DNA from: Eledone cirrhosa
Taxonomy: Eukaryota
Direction of reading: 5' to 3'
NCBI GenBank assembly: GCA_964016885.1
Contig: OZ024743.1
Span: forward strand, 312,480,001-312,544,000
DNA length: 64,000 nucleotides
How positions within the stretch are numbered: position 1 is the stretch's first letter; each line of letters starts with the position of its first letter. The position numbers were made by a program, and so were the translations under genes. The notes beneath the pieces were generated by a model that was given only the letters and a program-made list of their open reading frames with translations, was not told the origin of the DNA and ran no database searches. Of the stretch, positions 38,201 to 51,800 are shown piece after piece.

Positions 38201-39492
38201 GAAAATGAACTCCCAAAAGAAACAAGAACAGAAATTGTGAAAAACAAAATCTAAATTGAAAATAGATATGCAGAATACCATGCTAAAATGATGGCAAGAA
38301 AATTAAATAGGGTGGAAGTAGACAAACAAAATTCACAAAACTGGCTACGAAGCTCTAAACAAAAAGCTGAGATGGAAGGATTTCTAATCACAAGCAAAAT
38401 CAAAGCTTCCTCAACAGAAACCACTTTTGACGCCTAACTCCAGGTAGTGTCTTAGAGTGCTGTTGTGATATACAGCGTTTCTTGGCCATTTTGTTTGACC
38501 CTGGTGGGGCCCTTCCCCTCATTTCGTCTGAACACACTAGATTACTTCCAGAGAAGGATAAAGAGTGGGAGAGAGAGGAAGTAAGAAAGAAATATAGAGG
38601 AAGAATTGACCCCAGTACTAACTGGTACTTTTTTTATCGACCTTGAATAGATGAAAGGCAAAGTTCACCTGAGCAGGATTTGAACTCAGGGAACATAGAG
38701 CTGAAACGAATACCACAAAGCATTCTATCCAACATTCTAACTGCCATGTATGTCTTTGTATTTTCTCCAATTCTTTTATGGAGGTGTTCTGGTCTGGATA
38801 TATTTTTACTTGGTTATTTTAGAAAAAAATGAAAACCCATGGCATTGACATGTTTTCTGAATCAAGAGAGATTAATGCCATTAATGTTCTGTTTAAATTG
38901 TTGCAGGTTTCAACTCTTGAGAAAGTCTTGAGCAAGGAGGAGCTCCAAAGAGCAGACATGTGGCTTAATGGTTAGTGTAGGGCATGAGGGGTTGGACACA
39001 ACATTGATGATGAGAGGAAAAGAGACGAGTAAGTCTATATTGTCTTAGTGGAGGTGGCATGAGCTTAGAAAGCTCCAAGCTGCAGACCATTTTAATAATT
39101 GTAAAAGATACAGAAAGGAGAGACACTATGTCTATGGACCAGAGTGTGAAAGTTATTTAAGATATTTAGTAAAAAATTAAATTTGTGTAACTTTATAATG
39201 GTTTTTTTTTTGTGTAACTTTATAGTTGTTTTTTTTCTTCATTTCCTGAGGGCTGTAAAGCAAAATCCTTATTGAAAGGATTTCAACTAAAAGCAGATGG
39301 ACATTGTGTTTTAACATAGCATAAATCATCCTCTTATCCCCAATATCTACTTTATTTACTCTCTCCATCACCAGCCAACAAACAAGTAAATAATAAAGGT
39401 TGTTACTGTTGTTGTTGTTCTTGTTATTATTATTATTATTCATAAATAATGATCTTTGTGTCTTGATCTTTCCTCATTCCATTTTAATAAAT

Positions 39493-39622
39493 CTTCTTCT
39501 TCTTCTTCTTCTTCTTCTTCTTCTTCTTCTTCTTCTTCTTCTTCTTCTTCTTCTTCTTCTTCTTCTTCTTCTTCTTCTTCTTCTTCTTCTTCTTCTTCTT
39601 CTTCTTCTCCTTCTTCTTCTTC
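39493..39622. repeat. (CTT)n microsatellite
   Basis: Directly visible. Confidence 0.97.
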
Positions 39623-40002
39623 TATTCATTATCATTAGTGTTTCCTCATATAGTTCCTCCTGTTCAATCAAGACCCTTTACATTATATCCATAACTCACA
39701 ATAGAATGAGTGACATGCCATATTTTATTATTGCACCAATACATTTCAAATTGGTTTTCAACACGAAACACACAACAAGATAATCATACAATTGATTCAG
39801 TTGAATATGAAAAATGATAGTAATAACAATAAAGGATAGCGTTAATGAAAAATGATTATTTTCGGAAGAGTTGATTCACTTATTTATAACTACGGATCAG
39901 CGTTTTTTCTTAACAGCATGTCTTGGAACAAAAACCTTTTCTAGATTATGGAATCATTCTGTCTTTCTTTCTAATTACCTCTGTCTGTCTGTCAGTCAGT
40001 CA

Positions 40003-40049
<47 letters not shown>

Positions 40050-40639
40050 TCTCACTCTCACCTGCTCTCTCACCCCTCTCTCTCTCACTGACTCTCACAC
40101 TCTCCCCTCTCTCCTTCTCTCACTGATTGTTATATTGTTATAAAATATTTAGTCATCTATTTTGGATTTTTATTTTTCTAGAAATATCTACGGACATACA
40201 GAGATATTTACAAAGGAATAGAAGAGGTGGGGGGGGGGGGGGGGGGGGGGGGGGGGAAAGACGTTAATCACTCACTGATAAGTTGGTCTAGTAGATAAGT
40301 CACACTTCCATATTACATGCAACATTTACAATGTACCATATATATTGAAGTGAGTTTTTATAGACCCTGTAGATAAGTCGCACCACCATTTTACATACAT
40401 ATTTACGATGTACCATATATTTTGAATTGAGGATTTATAGGTCTAGTAGATAAACTGTATGCTTACTTACCATGTATTTTTGTGGAAAACCTCATGACAT
40501 ATACACAAGTATATAAGATAATCAATATTTCAAAAGATAGAATATATTTTCATGTAAAAATTATAAACTCCAGAAGAAATTATTTAAGTCGTTTTTTAAA
40601 TATTTTTTTTTGTTTTTACATTTATTGCCATTTTAACAT

Positions 40640-40658
40640 TGTTTTATTTCTGTTTCAG
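40640..40658 (+). promoter_or_regulatory. Probable splice acceptor upstream of the GPCR start codon
   Basis: Polypyrimidine GTTTTATTTCTGTTTCAG ending at 40658, ~60 nt before the ATG at 40718. Confidence 0.45.
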
Positions 40659-40717
40659 TTGCAATTTCTTCCAGAAGATTCTTTACCAATAAACTGACAG
40701 TAATTTCAGATATAGAC

Positions 40718-42844
40718 ATGATTACAATTAAAAGAAACACACTTGTGTTTATATTGATATTAATACATCTAAAACTTTTTATGAACAACCACTATCCAAA
40801 AAGACCAAATTTCTCCGCGAATATTACATCAACGATTATAAAGAATAATGAATCTAGGTGGAAAGAAATTAATAACTTCACCAGTTCTGAAACCTGTGTT
40901 AAAAAATGGTCTTGTTCCTTAAATGATAATGATGTTGAAGAAAGAGTTTGTTTCTGTGACCAACTCTGTCATATTTTCTCGGACTGTTGTGAAGATATTC
41001 TCTTTAAAAATAATATGACTGATGATAATAAAACAGAAGTAATGAAACCTTGGCCTAAGAATATCTTTGAATGTATTTCTGATCCAAGTAAACAGAGGAG
41101 TTATGTATATAGAATCATTGCTTGTCCTGACAATTACAATAATACAGTGGTGAGAAACCTCTGTGAAGAGCCAGGCACTGGAACAAACACAATCTTTGTC
41201 TCACCAGTTATTGGTAAAATCCTGGGAGGATATGTAATATTTACAAATGTCTACTGTGCCATTTGTCATAGTGTCAAAGATATTCTGTTTTGGGCCCCGT
41301 TGATTAAATGTAACTGGACATCCTACAACATAGAGAACCTAATGGAACCAGATATAAAAGATCTTGTGGGTTCAAAATTGACTGAAAAACTATACAGAAG
41401 TATGAACTGCCACGTGACATCATTCAGTTATTCGATCCAAACAAACTTAAGAGGCTGCCATGATTATGTAAGAAAGTGTCCTTTGTATGACTCAAGTGGT
41501 TTTCATTCTCTATGTCTTAATAACCCTTTGTATCCAGTTTGGGAAAATGACAAGAAAGTCTTCAAAAATATTTTCTGTGCCCTGTGCAACAATATAACAG
41601 TAAATAAGCTGTCATGTTTTAATATAAGTTTCTATTTTATTCACCAGTTAATTGGTGTTGGGATACCAGACAAAGAAATATCTCAATGTGAAAATGGCAA
41701 AGTCTTTGATTTATATACTGGAATGTGTAGAGAAACACAAATTATTCTGAAAATAAACTGTACTTTACTGAAACTCCAAGAGAATGAATATACTGATGTT
41801 AATAACTCCATTTATTAAAAAAATCTTGATAAATACATTAACAAATCACAGTTTCATATACAACAAGATGGTGCTTTCATTTGCTTGAAACATTATTTTT
41901 CTTCCAGAAATGAATCTGAAGTAACATCAAAGATGGTTTCTAAAATGACCGAATCTGAGAAGTATCTTTCTATTATTGGTTTCGTATTTTCGATCCCAAC
42001 TTTATTTATAGCATTTTTGGTGTATTGCTATTTTAGCTCACTACGAAATCTTCCAGGTAAAATGGCTATGAATGTAATGGCATCCCTATTTCTGGCTAAT
42101 CTTGTATTCTTCCTTGCAAATATAATTAAAGAACTGCCTGGTCACTTTTTGTGTAGAACATTTGCAATAATTGCTCATTACACCTATTTGGTTTCATTCT
42201 GTTGGATGAACATAATGGCTTTTGATTCTTGGCAAACATTTTCTAGAAAGAAAATTCTCTCAATTACCGATCGAAGTAATCGTTCTTTTAAGTTCTACAT
42301 GGCTTATGCTTGGTTAACTCCTATAACAATTGTTGTTGGTGCTGGAATCACTCAATACCTTCAGCCTGATTCTTCATTCTCCCCTGCTTATGGTAATTCA
42401 GTGTGTTGGTTCAACAACAGGCTTTCATTATTGGTTTTCTTTGGTTTGCCATTAATCCTCATATTAATAACAAATACTATACTCTTTACGTTTACATTCC
42501 GAGCCATCTATTTAACTAATAAATTCACAAAACGCTGTCTTTCAAAGAGTGATAAGAACACATTTATCGTCTTCTTTAAGCTTTATTTCATTTTAGGAAT
42601 CAACTGGTTAATTGCCATATTGTATGCTTATCTTCAAGCTGAACTTCTGCGCTATGTTTCAGTTCTTTTTACAGCATTCCAAGGATTCTTTGTTGGTTGT
42701 TCCTATCTATTTTCAAGAAAAGTATGCCGACAGTTTCAAAATAAAGTCAAATTCTTCTCAATGATAAATTCAAGCGATTCTTCATCATGCAAACAGACTA
42801 CAATTTCTTACTTAGGAGCAATTAAATCTTCCAAAAGCTTTTAA
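40718..42844 (+). pseudogene. Intronless family-B (adhesion/Methuselah-like) GPCR with somatomedin-B-like Cys-rich ectodomain; one in-frame TAA at 41816-41818
   Basis: Hydrophobic N-terminus; CFCDQLCHIFSDCCED; repeated NxYCAxC motifs; 7TM with LRNLPGK, HYTYLVSFCWMNIMAFD, YAWLTP, CWF, FQGFF. Both ORF-track halves are in the same frame with no other stop. Confidence 0.85.
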
Positions 42845-43491
42845 GTTCCAAAAACTGCAGTCTAAAATTTTATTAACCCATTTATAACTATATTTTGAAT
42901 GAAAGAGACTATATATGGTTCACAAATAATTTTGAAAATGATCTATAATTTCAAAAGATTTACAAAAATAACTAACTTTCTCATTATTAAACTGATTTTT
43001 GGAACATTACTTTACAAAGGTTCTTATATAAAATTTAGATTAATATAAATAAATTTGTGTCATAGAACCAGGAGCATTTTCAGACAGATGAATATCAAAA
43101 TGAATATATATATATATGCCGACCTACATCACTACAGGATAGTTATACATGGTCACCGACATCATCCCAATGATTGCATAACTGCACATATGATTGCGTA
43201 AGCACCTGATGAAGTCATGAATAACCATATAACAGAAACATATATCATGCAATAAACAATTATAGTGAATTAATCCCATCTTAACTACAATTATTTGAGA
43301 CATATATATGTAATAAATATCTGTATACCACAACACAATCCAAATTATAATGTAATATATATATATATATATATTACATTCAAAGTTATGGATGTCATGA
43401 TTGAGATAATCTCGAGTATGTGTCCTGTCTCCCAAAATCAGCTCATAGAAAAAAATTCAAAGAATAAATCCGAGCATTTAATCATTATAAA

Positions 43492-43927
43492 ATAGTAAAT
43501 GACATATATATATACATAAATATCCAATGATATAAATTTACATATCAAACTTTAACAAGAGACAATCTGTATAGAGTGTAAGAATACATAGTTTCATATT
43601 AAAATTTAACAAAAATTTAAAACACCTGATAAAAATTATATATATTTCCCTCATATCCTTCAAAAAACATGAATACATTTCACCAAATATCGGTGAAGTT
43701 AGGTAATCGATTTTGGATCGTTGAAATGTATTCATGTTTTGTAAAGAATACATATGAGGGAAATATATATGATTTTTATCAGGTATCTACATTTTAAACT
43801 TTTGTCAAATTTTAATATGATACTGTAACGAACTATGTATTCTTACATTCTATACAGATTATCTCTTGTTAAAGTTTGATATGTACTTGGATATTTATGT
43901 GTATATATATGTCATTCACTATTTTAT

Positions 43928-43928
<1 letters not shown>
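43492..43928. repeat. Inverted repeat (~43492-43660 / 43752-43928)
   Basis: TACATATCAAACTTTAACAAGAGA...TTTCCCTCATAT and its reverse complement. Confidence 0.8.
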
Positions 43929-43968
<40 letters not shown>

Positions 43969-44403
43969 AGAAAGTATAAGTAAGTAAGTCCATAGAATCA
44001 TTTGATAAAATATATACAGTATTTCTCCTCCCAATCACCATAATCAACCACATAAAAAATCATTTAAACGAGGCTTATATATATATAGTTATCTTCAACA
44101 CATTTTTACTATAATATTCTAGCTCTGTAGTATGCATTTAGGCCAGTTCTAGACAGTATAAAAGACCAGCTGACCAATTGCTGCTACTACATACACGGAT
44201 ATCTTAGACAAAATGGTCAGATGACCAATTCTCCTATAGTCACTCATCAATACGCTCCCTGTTCTTCCCACAGATCTGCTATCTCCTCAATATGCTTTTC
44301 CCATTGCTACTTCAATGACCTTTGTTCTTCAGAGAAGGCTAGCCTTATGCCAATTCCATCCAAGTACATCCAACTTATTCATCTTTCTTCTTCTCATCAC
44401 CAT

Positions 44404-44955
44404 ATAGAATAACTTTTACAAAGTTAGTGAGGGGTAGATTCCTAGTAAAGTAACATAAAATAAGATCGTTTTACCATAAATTTCGCCCTTACCGCTGTTT
44501 CAACTGATAACACAACATTGGTCATTTTCACACGCAAAACAGACAATATGTATATATAATTCTCTGAATTTTATAGTTTTAGCTAACTCTCATTGAGAGT
44601 TTCTGTATACCAATGACAAATAACCTTCTGTATGAAATTTGCTACTCCTTAGTTGCCATTTTAAACTCGCCATAGTGTCCGTGATGTACACATATTTACT
44701 TGGTTGCTTGATCTACGCATGCGGATAAGCAATAGACTATTTTATTTACTAACAGGTCAATATTATATCATACTTTCAAAGAAGCTCTCTGAAGAAACTG
44801 AATTTCTTTGGTATTGCCTGTTTTATGAATAATGGGCAATGCTGACTTATCAGTTGAAATTGCAGTAAGAGTGAGATTAATGGTGAAATGATCTTATTTT
44901 AGGTTGTTTTACTAGGAATCTACCCACTGCTAACTTTGTAAAAGTTATTCTTTAT
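44404..44955 (+). mobile_element. Fold-back PLE remnant with hammerhead motif (44785-44871)
   Basis: Arms ~44404-44510 / 44847-44955. CTCT-CTGAAGA-AACTGA...TCAGTT-GAAAT-TGCA-GTA-AGAG. Confidence 0.65.
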
Positions 44956-45188
44956 GTATATCTATATATTACTAAAAGTCTGTGATTGCTTGCTTGCTTG
45001 TCTGTGATGCAATAGAGCCAAAATCGGACCACGGGTTCCCGAGATATGGGTTTTTCTGGGTACCTTCATAAACAAAGAGAGAGAAAGGTAGAGAGGAAGC
45101 GATAGTGGTGTGACAGAGTAGATTGAAAGAGAGATATAGAGAGAGGGAGAGGAGACGGAAGGCGAATGGAAGAGAGAGCTGGTGGTGT

Positions 45189-45223
<35 letters not shown>

Positions 45224-45370
45224 GAGTGTGTGTGTATGTATATATGTGTGTGTATATGTGTGTCAATGACCAGTGCATATAGATCACAGACACATATATA
45301 TACACACACGCATATATATATATATATATGTATACACACACACATTTATATATATATACATACACACACT

Positions 45371-45718
45371 GGAGGCACATGGCTTAGAGGTTAGAGCATT
45401 GGCCTTGCAATCGAAAGGTTGTGAGTTCAATTCTCAGACCGGGTGATGTGTTGTTTCCTTGAGCAAGACACTTTATTTCACATTGCTCCAGTTTACTCAG
45501 CTGTAGAAATGAGATGATAGGGACTGGGGTCCATATCATTCCACTGCAAAGTGGTCGTGCAGGTGACACGGCAAAAAAGCACCCAGCACTCACTGTAAAT
45601 GAGGTTGGTGTTAGGAAGGGCATCCAGCTGTAGAAATCAAGCCAAAAATCAGTTCCCGTCCCACCCTTGCAAGCAGGGAAAAAGCGGACGTAAAATGAAA
45701 TGATGATGATGATGATGA
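45371..45718 (+). mobile_element. CORE-like SINE family B, full length, (TGA)n tail
   Basis: Near-identical to 5805-6158. Confidence 0.85.
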
Positions 45719-45723
45719 CACAC

Positions 45724-45754
<31 letters not shown>

Positions 45755-45804
45755 CACACACACACACATTTATATATATATACATACACACACGTATATA
45801 TATA

Positions 45805-45941
45805 TGGGCCTTCCAGATTCATTTCACATTATATACATATCTGTGTATATTTTAATTATTCAAAAATTATTTTTAAGTGAACATGATTTAAAAAAAATAT
45901 ATTTTGAAGGTAACGTGACCCAGCGGTCATGGGTGGGCTAG
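45805..45941 (+). mobile_element. Possible Helitron 3' end
   Basis: Hairpin CGTGACC-CAGC-GGTCATG followed by CTAG|T into (TA)n. Confidence 0.4.
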
Positions 45942-46159
45942 TATATATATATATATATTATTTAATATATAAAATGGCTTCTACCGGACTAGAACTGTTT
46001 CATTCGAAGGAAATCATCAGGAAAAAGCTTTCCTGATGATTTTCTTCAAATGAAACAGTTCTAGTCCTGTAGAAGCTATTTCTATATTAAATATTAAATA
46101 TTGTATATATTCTACTGTATTGAGTACCTTACTTACTGTGGTTACCCCCGATTGAACCC

Positions 46160-46251
<92 letters not shown>

Positions 46252-46307
46252 CATTGTATCAATTAAATTATTAGAGCATTAATTATCATCATTATCATCA
46301 TCATCAA

Positions 46308-46496
46308 GGGCGGTGAATTGGCAGTATCGGTAGAGGGTCGGACGCCATGCTTTGACGCATAGAGTTACGGCCCTTGCCATTCTGAGTTCAAATCCCGCCG
46401 AGGTTAACTTTGCCTTTCATCCTTATGGGGTCGATAAAATAAAGTAGCAGAAATGCACTGGGTAATTGCTGGCCTTGTGCCAAAAAAGTAGAAACA
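46308..46496 (+). mobile_element. SINE family A, full length
   Basis: A/B boxes present; flanked by an ATTATCATCATCATCA duplication. Confidence 0.88.
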
Positions 46497-46499
46497 ATT

Positions 46500-47885
46500 A
46501 TCATCATCATCATTTAACATTCATTTTCCATGCTAGCATGGGTTAGACCAATTGCCCCGTTGTGAGACAAGCCAGGTCCAATGACCATGACTTGGTCATA
46601 CAAGACTGGTTTTGGTTTGGTTTCTACAGCTGGATGCCCTTCCTAACACCAACAACATTTACAGTGTGGGCTGCGTGCTTTTTGTCGTGTCACATACATC
46701 ACCACTCTACAGTGTGGGTTGGGCGCTTTTTGTCGTGACACCTACACGACCACTCTACAGTGTGGGTTGGGCGCTTTTTGTCGTGACACCTACACGACCA
46801 CTTTACAGTGTGGGCTGGGTGCTTTTTGTCGTGACACCTACACGACCACTCTACAGTGTGGGTTGGGCGCTTTTTGTCGTGACACCTACACGACCACTTT
46901 ACAGTGTGGGCTGGGTGCTTTTTGTTGTGACACCTACACGACCACTTTACAGTGTGGGCTGGGTGCTTTTTGTCGTGACACCTACACGACCACTTTACAG
47001 TGTGGGCTGGGTGCTTTTTGTCGTGACACCTACATGACCACTTTACAGTGTGGGCTGGGTGCTTTTTGTCGTGACACCTACACAACCTCTTTATAATGTG
47101 GGCTGGGCACTTTTGTCGTAACACCTACATGACCTCTTTAATGTGCAGGCTGGGGACTTGGTAGGTGGGGGATCGGGAGCTAGATCTAAGGGCGTGTGTG
47201 TGGGGGCATGGGTGGAGTGTTACGACTACTTGTACGCACTACTTTCCCCCACCCCTCATGTGCATGAGGGGTGGGGGAAAGTAGTGCGTACAAGGTATAT
47301 ACTTCAACCTGTGCACATTGGAAGGCGAATCTTCTGTATTACTTCATAACGCCAGAGATCTCGATCCTTTGTCATCGCTTTCAAAAGATGCAATTGTAGA
47401 AGGTCAGCTTTTATTACCTCATCCCAAGTCTTGAAGGTCTTCCTACTCCATAGCTTCCATCAACCTTGAGCACCCTGCACCTTTTTATACAGCTGTCATC
47501 CTTCATATGCACCACATGTCCATACCCATGCAGTCTCCTCTCCTGCACACTGCATCTGATCTCTCTGATGCCCAGTTTCTCTCTTGGTTCATTTATGCTT
47601 TGCCATTCATGTATATTACTCTTACATATCCATCAAAGCATGGAAGATTCATTTCTTTCCAATCTTCACAGTTCCTCTGCACACAGTACCCAAGTCTCAC
47701 TACCATGCAACATTGCTCTTTATACACACGCATCACACAATCCGGGAAACACCTTTTGTGGCTAGCAGCGGCAGTAGCTCCCTGAACTTTCTTCATCCCG
47801 TTCTCACTCCAGCTTCAATGCTTTTGGAACATCCATCTCCACTGCTAATTTGGTCGCCCAGGTAATGGAAACTATCAATTACTGT
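46500..47885 (-). mobile_element. RTE LINE 3' fragment with 3' UTR; shares its tail with SINE family B
   Basis: 47340-47885 is a degenerate reverse-strand counterpart of the RTE RT C-terminus at 37850-38170. Tail GTTGGTGTTAGGAAGGGCATCCAGCTGTAGAAA...(ATG)n. Confidence 0.7.
46660..47142. repeat. 48-bp minisatellite, ~10 copies
   Basis: Unit CTACACGACCACTTTACAGTGTGGGCTGGGTGCTTTTTGTCGTGACAC. Confidence 0.95.
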
Positions 47886-47929
47886 CAGAGTATTTATTAT
47901 GTCTTAGTTTGTCAACAGGTTCAGCTAAT

Positions 47930-48022
47930 TGTTAACTTGGCCTTTCATCCTTACAGGGTCGATAAAATAAAGTACCAGTAATACACTGGGTAATTGCTGG
48001 CCTTGTGCCAAAAGTAGAAACA
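47930..48022 (+). mobile_element. SINE family A 3' fragment
   Basis: Body and tail match family A. Confidence 0.8.
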
Positions 48023-48864
48023 ATTATTATTGCTATTATTGTCAATGTTACTATGTTTTATTGCTTTTCCAGCAGTCTGAAAAATGTTTATTTTGAATGT
48101 TGTATACAATAAACTGATGTAAACTTGAATTTTCAGTCTCTTAAATTTTTTCATGTTTTCATTTTTGACAAAATATTATTATTTCTTTTTTACTGGTTTC
48201 AGTCTTAAAATTGATGCCATGCTGGGAATTTATGTGATTCTATTAACCCTGGTACTTATTTCACCAATCATGAGATTATGAGTTTGATTCCCAGACTGGA
48301 CAGTGTGTTGTCTCCTTGAGCAAGACACTTTATTTCCCATTGCTCCAGTTCACTCAGTTGGAAAAAAATAATTGCAACATTACTGGTACCAAGCTGTATC
48401 AGCTTTTGCCTTTTGCTTGGACAGCATTGGGGACATGGAGAGAGGAGACTGGTATGCATGGGTGACTTATGGTCTTCCAGAAAATTACATTGTCTGGGCT
48501 TATGTCATGGAGGAGAAATTTCTAGGTGCAAAACCCATTTTAATTGATGACCGAATGGGTCTTATATATATATATATATATATATATACTTTATAAATAA
48601 CAATCAAAGAGTGTTTAAGAACATTTAATTACTAATGATCGTTTCATTCAAGCACAAGGGCGGATTCATCGGAGTATAAATCAAAAGTTAGAACACAGAT
48701 AACCTTGTCAAAGAACATTCTGGGGATACCGCATATGGGAAGGAAGCAAAAGTAATAGATATTAGCATTGATAGAAGAAGAAGAAGAAGAAGAAGAAGAA
48801 GAAGAAGAAGAAGAAGAAGAAGAAGAAGAAGAAGAAGAAGAAGAAGAAGAAGAAGAAGAAGAAA

Positions 48865-51800
48865 AATCGACCGTCAATATGGAGTTTGCGGAAATACGGC
48901 AAATGATTTCCGCTTTAAGCCAAGAAATAGCAGGAATCAAATCAAGCATTCGTATAGAACCTCACAATAAGGATCTCACCGGAGTGCTTTGTTAAAAAAT
49001 CTCTGCATACCTCTTGCCAAATTTAGACGCATTGAGAATGCCACTGAATCTGTAAACCACGAAGAGATTGCCATTGGTGTACCAGAAGACATAGTTGATC
49101 TTCAGATATTTGCTGCTAGTTCATTCAAAGACTTGGGCTGTGCTCCCCCGAAGGGTGCTCTATGCCTTGGCCGACCAGGTCCGAAACCCAGGCTAATTAG
49201 ACTGTCATTTTCGAACTCAACTGAGGCACAGTCATATCCTTTGGCTTCTGATAAATCTAGGCGTGAAAGTCGGATTGCCTTCCGAACACGCCCTGGTCTT
49301 CCACCTGATGTCCGCCCAAAGCTGCATGCTGCAGCTTCCTTAAACCGCAACTCTAGCAGAACATGAAAACTTCAGCCTACGAGATGATGGGCAGATATGG
49401 ATGTTTATTAAAGCTTGTGAAATATGGAAAAGAGATACCAGCTGGTCTGAAAACACTGTACCTACAACAACTGACAAAAAAAAAAACTGAAAAAACTCTG
49501 GGAAACTAAATCAGAACAACCTGCCATTCCCTGCACATAATCATAGACTGGAATCAAGGTACAAATTGTTGTCCTTAAATGCACATAGTCTATGCAATAA
49601 GATACATCTTTTTGACTCCTACGTCAAAAGTATCGACCCAGACTTCATTACAGTCACGGAAACACGGGCACATTCCTTACTCTGTGATGGGGTTTCCAGC
49701 ATAACTGGTTACAACTTGTTTCATAAAGACCACATTACTCATCGTGGTGGTGGTGTAATGGTCTACATTCGGTCAAATTTTTCAGCAATTCCTTGTGTTG
49801 ATTTGAACCAATCGCTGCAAGAAGTATTTTTCTGCGATATACGTATGACCATATCAAGACTGCTACTTGGAGTCGTTTACCATCCCTCAAATTACCATCA
49901 GGACACTCAACTTTGTGATATCCTCAGAGCTGCTGCCAGGAAAACAGCCACTTATGTTTTTATTGCAGGGGACTTCAATCACCCTAGGATTGACTGGGAA
50001 ACGTTTCATTGGCTTCAAAGTACAAATGATTTCCTTGAGCTAGTGCTGGACTCGAATTGGTCCCAAGTAGTCACCTCCCCAACAAAGGTGACAACACTTT
50101 AGATCTACTCTGCACCACTATTCCTGAAAAGGTTATTAGTGTTACTACTGAGTAACCTTTAGATGACTCTGATTATGCTATGATCATTGCCAATCTATCC
50201 CTCATGAGCAGTAACAAAAACCACAACCATCTCAAAACTGGTCACTTTGATTGGAATAAAGCAGACTGGAACTGTTACTGCACTGAACTGCAACGTCCAA
50301 ACTGGCTTGAGTTTTATGATTCTGGAGACACTGTACTCCAGAACATCCTGAACTCAATATGGACAGCATGTGCAGTATCGGTGCCACGTAAGCAGAAAAA
50401 ACAAAAGTGCAATTTGGGAGACTGCAGCAGTCCGTCTTGCTAGAAAAGAATGTTGTAATGCTGAATGTGAGTACAAACTGCATAAATCAGATATCAATAG
50501 GAAAAAGCGAAATAGATCGTCCAACCATCTCAAGCACGTGACAAAAAAAGGCAGTGCTTGAATTTGAGCAGTGCATAGCAACCAACTCTGACAGTAAGCT
50601 GTTCTGGAAGTATGTTTACTCAAAGCAGAGGCCTCACTCTCCAGTTGGTCCTCTTCGCAATCCCCACACAAGCCAGGTTACTGACGACCCCAAGGAATGC
50701 GCAGCACTCATTGCTGAGTGCTATGCAGGCATTTTCACGGTTGAGGACCAGAGCGTACCAGCTCCACCACCCCTGACATCGGATTCTATTATAACTATGG
50801 AATTTACACCTGCAATGCTGCGACGCCACTTTAAAAATAAACGCAACCATGCCTCTCCTGGTCTTGATGGTGTTACGTACCTGCTTCTTAAACGTGGTGG
50901 GTACTTCCTTCTGCACCAGCTATCATGCTTCTTCCAATTCTGTCTGAACAACGGTGCTACTCCAGAACAGTGGAAAACTGCCAGCGTCATTCCTCTGTTC
51001 AAAAAGGGTGAGCGCACATCATCTGTGAACTATCGTCCAGTCAGTCTTACTAGCTGCATTGCTAAACTGATGGAATCCTGTGTTAGAGAAACACTTTGGA
51101 ACTTCTGGAACTCTCACAGTCTTATCCGGCCCTTGCAATTTGGATTTATCCCTAACTCCAGCTGCTGTAATCAACTTATCGAGTTTCTTGAAGACATCAC
51201 CCGGATCACTGATGGAGGCTCATGGGTGGATGTTGTTTACCTTGACTTTGCGAACGCTTTCAATTCTGTGCCACACAAAAGGCTTATGGCAAAACTCTCT
51301 GCAATGGGTGTGAAGGATGATCTTTTTAACTGGTTGAAGTCCTTTATTCTCAGTCGAAGAGAGGTAATCACGGTTCTAGGACAGCATTCCTCACACTATG
51401 GCTGTGTACAAGTGTACCACCATGCATTTTGGGAGTAAAAACCCAGCGTCCACTTACTCCCTCCACAACACTAATATCAAGAAGTCTTCTTGTGAACGTG
51501 ACCTGGGCATTACAGTCAGCAGCGATTTGCGTTGGATGAATCACGTCTCTAAAATTGTCAAGAAGGCCGAGGGTGTCTTAGCATCACTCAGCAAGACCTT
51601 TGTCAGCCGCTCTCCAGCTATCTATTTAAAGCTGTATATAGCTATGGTGCGGCCACACTTAGAATTTGCATCACCAGTCTGGAACCCATATCTTGCTCAG
51701 AACATTGACCGCCTGGAAACTGTTCAGAGACGTGCAACCAAGCGAATACCCTCCATCAGTCATCTACCATACTCTGAACGCCTTGCTTCCCTGGGCATGG

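Noticed and set aside
38907-38970. Possible small plus-strand exon (TTGCAG|...|GTTAGT)
   Set aside because: Splice-like signals only, with no recognisable homology; cannot be supported without transcripts.
40228-40256. Poly-G run as a regulatory G-quadruplex upstream of the GPCR
   Set aside because: A homopolymer alone is not evidence of function, and its length is unreliable.
46660-47142. CRISPR-like array or repeat-protein ORFs
   Set aside because: Contiguous 48-bp units with no unique spacers, no cas genes, eukaryotic context, and derived from a LINE/SINE tail.
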